From contig NC_086107.1 of the NCBI RefSeq assembly GCF_963921235.1, positions 46,934,001 through 46,998,000 on the forward strand: a stretch of 64,000 nt of DNA, read 5' to 3'. The notes beneath the pieces were generated by a model, which ran no database searches, was not told the DNA's origin, and saw only the letters and a list, made by a program, of their open reading frames with translations. Positions within the stretch are counted from its first letter, which is position 1. Every line of letters starts with the position of its first letter. Source of the stretch: Mobula hypostoma. Lineage: Eukaryota. Of this stretch, positions 14,101 through 26,819 are shown piece after piece. Made by a program: the position numbers and the translations under genes.

Positions 14101-17100
14101 GCAATGCCAGGGATGTTTATTTCTTCCTTCTTTGTGTTTTATTTCATTACTTATTCTGATATAATTTAATGCCGCTCACTACAAGCAGATTCAGATTGCT
14201 TATTGGTTGAACTATGTATAAGATATGTTAATTAGCACTTTTGAACACCATCACATTTTTTTCTAAAGTTTAGGATATCCTATCCTTAGAATTACATTCA
14301 AGATTACCATGTACCATTCAAATACATACGAGTAATACAGTTGAAAGTGTCATATTTTGACTGTGCTGTTAAGCACATTACTGATCTCACAGTTCAAGTG
14401 GATGTTATAGATTCTCTGGTACAATTTTGAAAAATAATCTGGCACATTGTGCTTTTTAGTTAAAATGTTTTGAATTCTGAGTGTGTTTGTCAGGAATATG
14501 AAATATACATATGAACTTAGAAAAACTTTAATTATTTCTGTTTTGCAGCATTTCCTTCACTTAATCCCATCCTGTGTGACCCAGTGAACCCTAGAATAGA
14601 CAAAGAGTTGACTCTTTCTTGCAACGTGCATTCATTTTATCCTAAAGAAATTACTGTCCAGTGGTTCAAAGATAAGAAGGCGATAATGGACTTTGAAACA
14701 TCTGAAATAATTGAGAATCCTGGCAACGAATTGTATGAATTAACCACTACTTGCACAGTAACTCCAACGTTATTGGACTTAGAGAGTAAATACCGATGTC
14801 AGGTTAATCACAAAACCCTTTTACTTCCAAAGTTTGTGGAATATATTCCTGAAAGTTTAGGTATGTTTATTTTCTTGTCATGAACTTAACTATATTTAAA
14901 CAATATAAAGCTTTTTGTTATAAGTTATCTATGTTTTAATTCTGTACATTGCATTCACACAGTTTTCAGTCAACATTCCTTTTTCCTGCACAATGAGTCT
15001 AGTCAGAAAAGTAGATGCTCCAGTTCCTCACACTTGGGAACACAATAGTACTCTAAACACAGTAGGACAATAAGTAAGTGTAATTAGTAGATGTAATTAT
15101 ATAGCTAGACTGCTTGCCAGGACTCTGTTTACACTTACTTGCCTCTTTCGTGCCTTAGAGACTCTTGAAGATTCTGGAGTACCTCTTGATTTCGGGTTCC
15201 TTTTGCAATGTAGGAACCTTTGGCCATGGAAAAATAATCTTGCTGTTAAATAATTAGATTACATTGAAGAGCAATGCTTAATACTGAATGACTTGTTACT
15301 GATCAATTTCAAAGTGGACGGGGTAATGATAAAATTACGAGGAATATTAAAAATCCTATTTCTGAAAAACACGAATAATGATATTCAGTATGTATCGCCT
15401 GACTGAGCATTAACTATTTCTGAAAAATCTTAAAGATGCAATTCTGGTTGATGATGTATAATGCTAGGTAATGTTCCAAAGTCTTGATAACCACCCTACG
15501 GTAGTGCACCCATTCATTCTGGATTAATTCTTGTTATTTTTTGAAAAGATCTGTAAAATACATCTCATGGGGCTTTTGATTAGAAAGATTACATTAGTTT
15601 CAACTTGATCATGGACAAAGATAGATCTGGTCCTAGGGTTGAGGTTCTTAACTGGAAGAAGGCCAAATCTGAAGAAATGAGAAAGGATCTAAAAAGCGTG
15701 GATTGGGACAGGTTGTTCTCTGGCAAGGATGTGACTGGTAGGTGGGAAGCCTTCAAAGGAGAAATTTTGAGAGTGCAGAATTTGTATGTGCCTGTCAGGA
15801 TTAAAGGCAAAGTGAATAGGAATAAGGAACCTTGGTTCTCAAGGGATATTGCAACTCTGATAAAGAAGAAGAGGGAATTGTATGACATGTATAGGAAGCA
15901 GGGAGTAAATAAGGTGCTTGAGGAGTATAAGAAGTGCAAGAAAATACTTAAGAAAGAAATCAGGAGGGCTAAAAGAAGATATGAGGTTGCCTTGGCAGTC
16001 AAAGTGAAGGATAATCCAAAGAGCTTTTACAGGTATATTAAGAGCAAAAGGATTGTAAGGGATAAAATTGGTTCTCTTGAAGATCAGAGTGGTCGGCTAT
16101 GTGCGGAACCAAAGGAAATGGGGGAGATCTTGAATAGGTTTTTTGTGTCTGTATTTACTAAGGAAACTGGCATGAAGTCTATGGAATTAAGGGAAACAAG
16201 TAGTGAGATCATGGAAACTGTTCAGATCGAAAAGGAGGAGGTCCTTGCTGTCTTGAGGAAAATTAAAGTGGATAAATCCCCGGGACTTGACAGAGTGTTC
16301 CCTCGGACCTTGAAGGAGACTAGTGTTGAAATTGCGGGGGCCCTGGCAGAAATATTTAAAATGTTGCTGTCTACAGGTGAGGTGCCGGAGGATTGGAGAG
16401 TGGCTCATGTTGTTCCGTTGTTTAAAAAAGGATCGAAAAGTAATCCGGGAAGTTATAGGCCAGTAAGTTTAACGTCGGTAGTAGGTAAGTTATTGGAGGG
16501 AGTACTAAGAGACAGAATCTACAAGCATTTGGATAGACAGGGACTAATTAGGGAGAGTCAACATGGCTTTGTGCGTGGTAGGTCATGTTTGGCCAATCTA
16601 TTGGAGTTTTTGGAGGAGGTAACCAGGAAAGTGGATGAGGGGAAGGCACTAGGTATTGTCTACATGGACTTCAGAAAGGCGTTTGACAAGGTCCCACATG
16701 GGAGGTTAGTTAGGAAAATTCAGTCACTAGGTATACATGGAGAGGTGGTAAATTGGATTAGACATTGGCTCAATGGAAGAAGCCAAAGAGTGGTAGTAGA
16801 GAATTGCTTCTCAGAGTGGAGGCCTGTGACTAGTGGTGTGCCACAGGGATCAGTGCTGGGTCCATTGTTATTTGTCATCTATATCAATGATCTGGATGAT
16901 AATGTGGTAAATTGGATCAGCAAGTTTGCTGATGATACAAAGATTGGAGGTGTAGTAGACAGTGAGGAAGGTTTTCAGAGCCTGCAGAGGGACTTGGACC
17001 AGCTGGAAAAATAGGCTGAAAAATGGCAGATGGAGTTTAATACAGAGGTGAGGTATTGCATGTTGGAAGGACAAACCAAGGTAGAACATACAGGGTTAAT

Positions 17101-20100
17101 GGTAAGGCACTGAGGAGTGCAGTGGAACAGAGGGATCTGGGAATACAGATACAAAATTCCCTAAAAGTGGCATCACAGGTAGATAGGGTCGTAAAGAGAG
17201 CTTTTGGTACATTGGCCTTTATTAATCAAAGTATTGAGTGTAAGAGCTGGAATGTTATGATGAGGTTGTATAAGGCATTGGTGAGGCCGAATCTGGAGTA
17301 TTGTGTTCAGTTTTGGTCACCAAATTACAGGAAGAATATAAATAAGGTTGAAAGAGTGCAGAGAAGGATGTTGCCGGGACTTGAGAAACTCAGTTACAGA
17401 GAAAGGTTGAATAGGTTAGGACTTTATTCCCTGGAGCGTGGAAGAATGAGGGGATTTTTGATAGAGGTATATAAAATTATGATGGGTATTGATAGAGTGA
17501 ATGCAAGCAGGCTTTTTCCACTGAGGCATGGGGAGAAAAAAACCAGAGGACATGGGTTAAGGGTGAGGGGGGAAAAGTTTAAAGGGAACATTAGTGGGGG
17601 CTTCTTCACACAGAGAGTGTTGGGAGTATGGAATGAGCAGCCAAACGAGGTGGTAAATGCGGGTTCTTTTTTAACATTTAAGAATAAATTGGACAGATAC
17701 ACCTCCCATCCATGTATGGAGGGATATGGTCCGTGTGCATGTCAGTGGGACTAGGCAGAAAATGGTTCGGCACAGCCAAGAAGGGCCAAAAGACCTGTTT
17801 CTGTGCTGTAGTTTCTATGGTTCTATGGTTAAAATGTAACAAGAAGGAATGAAACTACTTCTCATTCTTTGCGGAGTTAATATTAAGTGACAATTTCTGG
17901 TATACCGGGAGACCTGAGTGAACATTTAAATTGATCGCTAAATGTTGATAGTCCATGCTGTGGCATTCTGTTAATTTATAAACACTAATTCTATTCAAAA
18001 TACATGTTACCAAAAAGTTTGTGGAACATCTACCTCAAACAAAATTTAAGCTGTATTTTAGCTTTTCTTATTTCTCTTTATAGTATGTTCGCCCAAAATA
18101 AATGAAATTACCTGTGATCCTGTCAACCCTGAAATTGGGAAGGCATTGACCTTGGCCTGTGAAATAAAGGAGTTTTATCCAGAGGAAATTCAAATTGATT
18201 GGTTCAAAGATAACGTGAGAATAAATGAAAATACAAAATATGGAATCATTAATGAAGAATTAAAAAGTGAAAATGGTTTATACAACAAAGTCACCAAATT
18301 AATGTTGATTTCAAGCTCTGCTGATCATCAAGCTGAATTCAGAGTTGAAGCTTATCATTCAAATTTGTCTGCAAAACCCCAGAACCAATGCTTTCAATTG
18401 TTTCTTAAAGGTGAGTTAAAATTTTCTGTATATTGAAGTGTGGTATCGGAAAGAAGATTTTTATTGAGAGTAGCAGCCAGAGTTTATTGCAAGACCTGCT
18501 CTGAGAATGTTAATTGAGAACTATTTGAGTATTATAATGTCACATGTGCAACCACCATTCTACAGGGGCTGGGGGTGGAAGAGGATGGTACAGGAGGGTC
18601 ACTATTCTTAGGGAAGGGTGCGTATCATGTTCGTCCAGGATTCATAGCCACACTATCTGTACATGCATCAAGAAATTTGAGTTGAAAAAAGTACTTATTT
18701 TGTTCACGTAAATTCTAAGATTAAATTTTAATTCAAATCTCAGGTTTCAGAACAGTAATTGGTGAATTCTGTAACATGGGGGGAGGGTCACTTGTGATTA
18801 TCCAATTTTGTACTTCCTTTGCTTTCCTTTCATTCTGAAAAGGGATGGTTCAGTTTTTTTGTGAAGATTAAAACCTAATTAGTTGTTGATATGCAGCTAT
18901 ATGCTATATTCCTGCTTTCTCTTAGTCTGAGTAAATTGAATACATATAAGCACTGAAGATGAAGAAAAAGACCTAACTACTTCCTTCTGATGTTCACTGA
19001 CCATTGACAATCTGCCCCACCATTCATACCCTGGAATCACTACTGATCAGAAACAACCAAACTGGGCGTGTACATACAATAGCATACCAGAGCAAATCAG
19101 AAGCTGGATATCCGGTGGTGATTTGTACATCTGACTCTATACGGTGTCTACTTCACTGACAAGACTGGGTCTGGAGTATAATTGAACATTGTTCTCTGGA
19201 TGTATTAGTGCTGTGCTAACTAGCCAGGATATTGCAGGCAAGGCACCCAATACAAATATCCATTGTCTTCATCATTAGCTACCTGCAAATGCTGCTTCCC
19301 ATGTGAATAACGCACATAAAGTGTTGGTAATACTTTAATTACACCTCCTAAACCTCCACTGCTTAGAAATGACCACACCAGGTGCATGGGACCATATTGA
19401 AGCCACATGACTTGAACATGTATTTCTTTCACTCACATGGACCATGCTGTCTAAATTTGCCATCTGTAGGACCCACTTGGCTGCACCCAGTTGTTGTCCA
19501 GAGAAGGCAGTGGGTTTAATTTTGCACGCAGGTCTCAGATTTCGAGTACTTGACATCTCAGGCCATCTTGGCAGCTGATGACAGTTTGAATGATGTCAAA
19601 TTTGTCTGAAGTAGGGAACAGTTATAAATAGAGTATAATTAAAGAGGCAGGCCATTAAAAATCATATTAAAATACTAACAAATAATTATGCTAAAATTAA
19701 GTCTATTTTTATTTTACGGATGAGAACATAGAGACAGCAGGGCTGTCGGAGGCTACTGCACTTGAGTGATCTATCTATCTGTCTGTGTCTGACTCTGCCT
19801 GTCTTTCTCTTTCTGTCTCGCTCTTTCTCTTTTGATGGGGGGGTGGTGGGGGAAGAGTCTGCTGGTTCTCAAGTTGGGTGAGCTCGAATAAACAGCACTG
19901 GGGACTGCAACATCGAAACAGCGAGCTGTTAGTCTGACCTCTTGCTGTGACAGGAGTGATACCTCTTCCTCCCTTGTTGGTGAGAGAGAGAGAGCCTGTG
20001 GCATGTTGAAGTGCTGGGTCATGGACTGTAGTTTTTGATAAACTCTAGATCATGGTCTCTCTGGGGGCTTGCTGTTGCTTGCATGGTGGGCGGTGGGGCT

Positions 20101-23100
20101 GATGCTTCCTGCTGGAGAAGACGGGGAAGGGGAGGGTTGATGCTTTGCTGCTGCCATTAGGAGGGAGGGGGCTTTGTGGTTCTAACACTTTTCTGTCATT
20201 CATTCTTTGATGTTTTCTTCTGTTTTGTGGATGTCTGTGAAGAGTAAGAATTTCAGGCTGTAAACTGTATACATTCGCTGATATTAAATGGAATGATTCA
20301 ATCTTTGCCTTTTTCCACTGGTTGATTTCTTTCAATTGATTCCATGGGTATGTCATTACCAATGTGACATGAATTAGACCTTACCTGCCCCTCATCACTA
20401 TTCCACTATTTGAGTCAGTTGTGTGCCCAGTGATGAAGCCAGCAATTATATATGTTAACATCAGGCTTCAGGGCATCTCAGAATTCTAGGATTTCCTTGT
20501 AGTCTGATAGCTGGTGTTCCCAATGGAGACACTAATTGTTGCTAAGTTTGGTTTAGACAGTTATAGTGGAGCCAAAATTCTGTTACCTTTTCACGTAGCG
20601 GCATGATGAGAAAGCATTAATACTTTTCTTCAGTTTTTCAAGGATGGGTGGAAATAGACAAAACTGCTACCATTGTCACCAACACCTAATGTCAAAGAAT
20701 TGCTTAAGAAAAGGCTTGGAAATATATTATGCCCATATCAAGTCTTCTGTAGCTATTAAATATGATTTCTTTTCATTGTAGGTGCACCGAGATTTTCAGA
20801 CTTCAACATCGAGCCAAAGATTCCATCGTATGGTCATCATTTATCTGTGTCTTATAGGGTGTATGATCTTCCAAGTAAAGATTTTACTTTTGAGTGGTAC
20901 AAAGGAGCTGAGCCTGTGAAAATAGGAGTAACTCATTCAGATTTTGTATGTACCCCTCAGAAGACTTACAATATAGAGAGTTGCCTTAATTTTGTAGTGA
21001 TCGCAGAAGACTTTGGAAAAGAGTTAGTCTTTCTGTGTAAAGACCATTCTAAAAATGAATTCAAAAAACACATGCAACTTCCCCTGAAAGGTGAGTGAAT
21101 TGCAGAAATGCTGTTTTAATAATATTTTTAAAATTGCATATAACAGGCATTGAAGATGATAAGGATTTTTGCAAAAAGTTCAGAAGAATGTTTTTTTTTG
21201 TTCATCACGGTTCATGGGTTTTTAGAAGAAACTTCTTGTCTTTGAATGTCTAATCCAATGTGAGGCTCTTCACGTGGAGATCTGTGACAACCAAGAACAG
21301 AGAAACCAACAGAGAAGTTGTCTGCCTAGTCAGATGAAAGAATCTTCACACACACTCATTTGCTCAGTAAAGGGTAAAAATATATATTGTGTAGAAAGTA
21401 TAATAATCATTGTTGTCATGGAGTTGTACAGCACACAAGTAAGCCCATTTTCTGACCACATCCATGCAGATTCTTTTAGAGTCAAAGAGCACTTTAGCAC
21501 ATAAACAGGCTCTTTGGCCTATTTAGTCAGTATGAACTATTATTCTGCCTAATCCCATTGACCTGTACCTGGACCATCGCCCTCCTATCCATATATTTAT
21601 CCAAGCATGTTAAATAATAAAATCAAACCCGGATACACTACTTCTGCTGGCAGCTCATTCTATACTTTCACCACCCTCTGAGTGAAGGAGTGCCCCCCCA
21701 TGGTCCTAGTACATATTTAAACTTTCACCTTTAATCTATGACCTCTAGTTCTAGTCTCATCCAAACTCAGCAGGGAATAAAAGCCTGCCCTATCTATGCC
21801 CCTCATAATTTTGTATACCTCTACCAAATCTCCCTTCTTTCTCCTACGCTCCAAGGAATGATGTCCTAATCTATTTAACCTTTCTCTATAATTCAGGTGC
21901 TCATGTTTTGGCAAAATCCTTGTAATCTTCCAATCTTATTAATATCTTTCCTGTAGATAGGTGACCAGAACTGCACACAATACTTCAAATTAGGCCTCAC
22001 TAGTGTCTTATACAACTTCATTGTAACATCCCAACTCTTGCACTCAATACACTTATTTATGAAGGCCATTTCCAAATCTCTTTTGTTTTGCTGCATTCCT
22101 CATTGCCCTACCATTCACTGTGCAAGTCCTAATCTGGTTTGTCCTCCCAATGTGCAGCACTTCACACTTGTCTGCATTAAATTCAATTTGCCATTTTTCA
22201 GCTGTTCTAGATCTCACTGATAACCTTAAGAGCCTTCCTTCCTACACCCCAGTTTTGGTGTCATCTGTAAGATTGCTGAACTAGTTTCCCACATTATCAT
22301 TCAAAACATTAATATAGATATCGAACAACAACAGACCCAGCGGCACACCATAAGGCACAGTCCTCCATTCAGAGAGGCAAACATCTACTACCAGAACCTT
22401 CTTGACCAACTTTCCATGTGGGATCCTGTTAAAGGCCTTGCTAAAGTATGTGTTGACAACATCCTTTGACTTTCATTCACCAAATTTCCTGGTAACTGCC
22501 TCAAAAATTTCTATAAGACTGTTTAGACATGACCTACTATGCACAAACCATGTCGACTATTTTGCCTCTCTATACTGACTACGTATGCACACATTATGAC
22601 CATATAATCCTCCTTTGCCTTGCCTGTTTGATTCCACCACCTTCTGTGGCAGCAGATTCCAGATATAAGGCAGCCTCTGTGCAGATTAATTTGTACATTT
22701 TGGATTAAGGGAAGTACCTAAAGGAAGAAAAATACGAAAAAACTTGTTTTATTAATTTTTATTGGAAACTTAATATTTCTCAAATTAAACTTTCAAGTCC
22801 TATGAGGATGTTATAAACTAGCTATACTTTTTAATGATTTGCTGGCAGTTTCTAAGTTTGGTAGTTAGTAGTTAGCCTGATTTTGTAGCTTGCGTACAGA
22901 TTCCATTGTCACAGACTATAGAAATACAGACTTTGAAGTGAAAGAGTATCATTGCATATACATTAAGAAATTCTTGGTCAGATATATTGTGAATGCCAGA
23001 GGTTGCTGAATGACTTGTTCATTTCAGTAGATATTGCATACAGCTAATTTATTTTGTTTGTACAGTTTCTTAATATAAATTAAGTACAATGGATTCCAGT

Positions 23101-24281
23101 TAATTGGGACACATTGGGACCAGTACATTTTGGTGCAATTAAGCGGTTGCCCCAATTAGCTGAAGTTTCATGGAAATAGTTACAAAGTATAAAAATGACA
23201 AACTACCATTTAACTGAATAACAATGTATGTATTTAAATGAAATACAGAACAAATTAGAATACTACCAACACCTGTACAGTAATATACAGAGTATCAATT
23301 CCAAATATTTATCAATGGAGGAATTCATTTGCCATGTTCTCTTGATTGTAAATGAACAAAATCAGCACTGACACCTAGTGCAGATAATGGATTGCCTTCC
23401 TACAATGCTTTAGATAACTGCATCCATCACATCTTCATTTTCATTGTAACATTCAAGAAGATTGTGGATACCTTTGTAATTTGTACCTTGTTGAAGAAGT
23501 GAAATCATTTCATTTTCACTCCCAGCTGTTTCTGGCATCTCCAAGCCTGAATACTTGAAACCACAGTGAGCAAAACAGTTCTGAGTGTTTTGCTGGTTAT
23601 TTCTTGTTGACTGTAAGTGCCAAAAATCACTGCTTTTTGAACACAAGAATATATAACTGATTCTACTTAAAACCTGTTTACTCTAAGCACAGTGTAATGT
23701 TTAAAGGTCACTCAGTGCACGCGATTGACATTATTTAGACACTGTCCAGCAATAGTCTCCTGCCCCAGTTAAGCAGCATAGTGTCCCAAGTTAATGAAGG
23801 GAATCCTGGTTATTTTCCGGATTTAGTTTTTATTCTTTAAGATTTGTCCCAAATATGTGGCTGCCCCAATTAACTGTTGACCCAATTAACAAGATTCCAC
23901 TGTATTTTAGCTGCTTATTAATGAAGCTATTGAACAGTTAATTGTATTCCATATTTGTGTCTTATTTCCATAGCTGTGCCTCCTGAAGTATCAGAAATCA
24001 AGTGTACTCCTGTTCAGCCGAAAATGGGTGGAAATGCCACTCTTACTTGCAGGATTGAACACTTTTGCCCAGTGGATATAGATGTAGTGTGGACACAAGG
24101 ATCAAAGACATTGAAGGATCAGCAAGTGGTAGAAGTACCGGAAATGAATGAAAATGGACTGTACTCCACAATTACAGAACTGCCAATTGTATTAACAGGA
24201 GATTCAAAAACTTATATTTGTGAAATTCGACATGCACCGTCCGATGATATTGTAGAAAAGACATTCACATTACAGATTTAA
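4780..24281 (+). CDS. NCR3LG1: NCR3LG1 (B7-H6)-like multi-exon gene: IgV-IgC1-TM-6xIg. Exons 4780-5133, 6469-6795, 7910-8026, 10922-11335, 12969-13325, 14549-14860, 18084-18410, 20782-21090, 23974-24281; about 941 aa without leader
   Basis: All exons have AG/GT boundaries, all junctions are phase 1, and the frame is open to TAA at 24279-24281. The V domain (LGILW...[11 protein letters not shown]) resembles B7-H6. It lies tail-to-tail with KCNJ11, as human NCR3LG1 does. Confidence 0.8.
5985..6190 (+). mobile_element. Degenerate V-SINE/HE1-like tRNA-derived SINE
   Basis: B-box GGTTCAATCC followed by a V-domain-like core (ccaggtgctcttgtttcctcccacatc...ttaattggct); boundaries approximate. Confidence 0.5.
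6469..6795 (+). CDS. NCR3LG1: IgC1 exon (domain 2)
   Basis: gttacag|CACAACCC...AAAG|gttag; [10 protein letters not shown]...VEW...NPDGT...FGCRVTH. Confidence 0.9.
7910..8026 (+). CDS. NCR3LG1: Transmembrane exon (not in the ORF track)
   Basis: ttttaacag|AAGCAGAA...AAAG|gtaatg; 117 nt encoding [39 protein letters not shown], with a hydrophobic run of more than 20 residues. Confidence 0.85.
8948..9320 (-). mobile_element. Short RTE-derived non-autonomous element
   Basis: Minus strand begins with an RTE-type 5' UTR motif (ggcagcccactaggagaaggaaaactctgattttaaacc); no long ORF; boundaries approximate. Confidence 0.45.
9620..10745 (-). mobile_element. Old CR1 LINE 3' fragment
   Basis: ORF 9780-9974 has [20 protein letters not shown] (CR1 ORF2 C-terminus); decayed RT upstream. 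Confidence 0.75.
10922..11335 (+). CDS. NCR3LG1: Post-TM Ig exon (domain 3), C1-like with long insertion
   Basis: ctctctcag|TTCCACCC...GGAA|gtaagc; [10 protein letters not shown]...VWW...DDGTYSLSS...VICRVWH; 138 codons. Confidence 0.85.
12470..12750. repeat. Inverted pair of Penelope pseudo-LTR fragments, each with a decayed hammerhead core
   Basis: Cores at about 12537-12572 (-) and 12630-12665 (+); the arms are complementary. A collapsed copy lies at about 11830-12005. Confidence 0.6.
12969..13325 (+). CDS. NCR3LG1: Post-TM Ig exon (domain 4)
   Basis: tctttag|TTGCTCCT...AAAG|gtaact; [10 protein letters not shown]...IKW...YFCEVDH. Confidence 0.85.
14549..14860 (+). CDS. NCR3LG1: Post-TM Ig exon (domain 5)
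   Basis: ttttgcag|CATTTCCT...TTAG|gtatgt; [17 protein letters not shown]...YRCQVNH. Confidence 0.85.
15594..17830 (+). mobile_element. 5'-truncated CR1 LINE (RT region) in the intron between domains 5 and 6
   Basis: ORFs 15605-17014 and 17056-17754 have [21 protein letters not shown]; tail gtttctatggttctatgg. Confidence 0.92.
18084..18410 (+). CDS. NCR3LG1: Post-TM Ig exon (domain 6)
   Basis: ctttatag|TATGTTCG...AAAG|gtgagt; [17 protein letters not shown]...NGLY; F-strand Cys replaced by Val. Confidence 0.85.
19735..20295 (+). repeat. Interspersed non-coding repeat (LINE-tail/SINE-like)
   Basis: GC-richer block ending in gtatactgtatacatt...gatattaaatgg-type tail; family not assigned. Confidence 0.35.
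20782..21090 (+). CDS. NCR3LG1: Post-TM Ig exon (domain 7), divergent
   Basis: cattgtag|GTGCACCG...AAAG|gtgagt; LSVSYRV...FEWYK...VFLCKDH; B-strand Cys replaced by Tyr. Confidence 0.8.
21480..22560 (-). mobile_element. Decayed CR1 3' fragment
   Basis: ORFs 21717-21914 and 21893-22096 ([24 protein letters not shown]). Confidence 0.75.
23087..23902. mobile_element. Tigger/pogo-type (Tc1/mariner) non-autonomous element
   Basis: Imperfect 22-bp TIRs caatggattccagttaattggg / cccaattaacaagattccactg with TA on both sides. A partial copy lies at about 26530-26810. Confidence 0.7.
23974..24281 (+). CDS. NCR3LG1: Post-TM Ig exon (domain 8), ending in the stop codon
   Basis: tttccatag|CTGTGCCT...ATTTAA; [10 protein letters not shown]...VVW...NGLYS...YICEIRH. 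Confidence 0.85.
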
Positions 24282-26819
24282 GTATGTTTTGTAATTTCAC
24301 AACTTTGCAGTGTTCATAATTTCACCACCTCCAGTGCAGAATTCTTACAGTAAGTGGTGAGGCAGAGCAGAGTTCTTTGTGAATTTATATTAGAAGCTTC
24401 TTTAAAGTGTTTTCAGTTCAAAGTTGAAAAGCAAATTTATTATCAAAGTACAAATATGTCACTATTTACAGCTCTGAGATTCATTTTCTGTGGGCATTCT
24501 CAATAAATCCAATAACCATAATAGAATCAATGAACGACTGCACCCAACAGGACAGACAACCAGTGTGTAAAATACAACAAACTGTGGATATACAAAAGAA
24601 AAATAAGGAATAATAATAATAAATAAGCAATGAATCTCGAGAACTTGAGATGACAAGCCCTTGGAAGTGAGTTCATAGGTTGTGGGAACTGTTCGATGAT
24701 GGAGCAAGTGTAGTCCTGAGACTCCCGTACTTTTTTCCTTTAACCACTTACTGGTTTTGCCAAGTGGGTTTGCATAACTCGTTGAAGATCCAACTTGCTC
24801 CAGCTATGAGATTGTATTCATCATTGGTACAAAACCTAGTCAAATGCTCAGTCAATGAGAGGCAGCACATAATGGTTACTTGGCAAATGAAACTTAAGTA
24901 AAATTTTTTATTTACAGGTAATTCATATGCTCATTAGAGAGACAGTCCTTTTTGACTACTTGAATACATAGTTTCTGGAAGAGAGTCGGGAAGTTATATG
25001 AATATTATGTCAAAGGTATTGAGAAAAAAATTGATGTGCAAATCCAAGTGTCAAGAGCTTGAAGTGGGTGAGTGCCACATGGATGTTTGGCAACATTTCA
25101 GTTGTACAGTATTAACCATTCATTGATTTTTAGTGAATACAATCAATATAGAAGCTTCTGGAAAGATCATCATTTACTTTGGTGTCATGAAATTGACTCA
25201 TTTAGGGGTCGTTTACAAAGAGACCAGGTTATGTGTGCAGATGAAACATGCTTTTAAGCTAGCTTATAAACAGGGAGAAACCCTTGAGAATATTTACCAC
25301 TCACGAGCATCTTTAATTGATTAAAGCACACTGTGCAGGGATCTTAGGCCTGTATGAATATAGCATACACTGTGTATTCCCTACACAATCAAAATAAAAA
25401 ATTGTAATTGAACTTGCAATTGTGCACAGCAAATAAAACAGAGGTATCAAAACAAAAAAAAGACTTAAAAATCTAAATTTAACAGAAAGGCTATTCTCTA
25501 ACTTACCATTAACAAGTTTGAAGGAATGAAATTCTGCCCTAGAAAATTAATTTTCATGCTAGAAAGCTTACGTGGGAAGAATTAGATAATGCTATCTTTC
25601 CAGAGGAGATAAAGTTTTATCTTACTAGTTTAATTTGTATCTATCATGTAAATAATACTAGTTTAGCTATTTGATTCGTAAGTCTGTCAGTCATTTAGCA
25701 CAATTCTAGATTAATGGTGGAATCTGGATTGTAGCTTTCTCTTTTTGATGTTTGATTTCCGGTACAGTTTCTGGAAATCACAGTGCGATTTACAATGATT
25801 TAACAATGAACATGTTTAGTCTCACTTTTTTTTTCCAATAGAAAATGTAAACTAACCTTTCACACTAAGTATTTGTATCTGGAAAAGTTTATCTACTGAA
25901 AAGGTTTTAAAATACTATGTCTATATACTGTACTGAATAGTTCTTGCAGTACAAAATACAGTATGTATTTATGGTCTGAATACAGATGAGCAGTTTCTTT
26001 TTAAATCCAGGGAAATAAGTAATACAGGACTCATCAAAATACAGTTGTAATTTTAAATGGAAATTGTTTATTTTGTTTAATTAGTTAAATTTCAGGGTAT
26101 TATGCAGTGACAATGCTTTATGACATACTGAAATTATTCTTCTAGCTAGTCCCTTAGGTTTAAGTGTGCCTACTCCCATTGCAATCTTGCAGGTTCTGAG
26201 TTTGCTAGTGAGATCACTGTGCAAATTTCGGACTCAATAGATGGTGGCTCACTGTGTGCATGGATAGGTATTCTGTGAGGTTGTCTGTACTTCTGCAGAT
26301 TTCCATATTTTCCATACATCAGGCTTTGAGGTTCTCATTGTCATCCCAGATACTTAAGACTTTCCCTTTCGAGAAATCGCTGGCCAGATATTCCCATGTC
26401 ATGGAATAATAGGGTCATAAAATATTATTACACAGGCACAGACCCTTTGGCCCATCTAGTTTGTGCTGGACTATTAATCTGCAATCGACCTGCATTGGGA
26501 CCATAGCCCTCCATAACCCACCCATCTATGCACAGTGGATTTTGGTTAATTGGGACAGATTGAAAACAGTACATATAGCACTATTCAGTGGCTGCCCCAA
26601 TTAGCTGAAGTTTCATGGAAATAGATAAAGGTATAAAAAAAGATAAACTGAAAAACAAATTATGTATTCAAATGAAATACAGAATTAAAAATCTACCAAT
26701 AGTGCTACAGAAATATAAAACTGTATATTAGTTCCTAATAGTTATCAAAGGAGGAATTCATCCAGTGTACACAATGAACAAAATTAGCAGAGACACACAC
26801 CTTCATACAATGCTATTGA

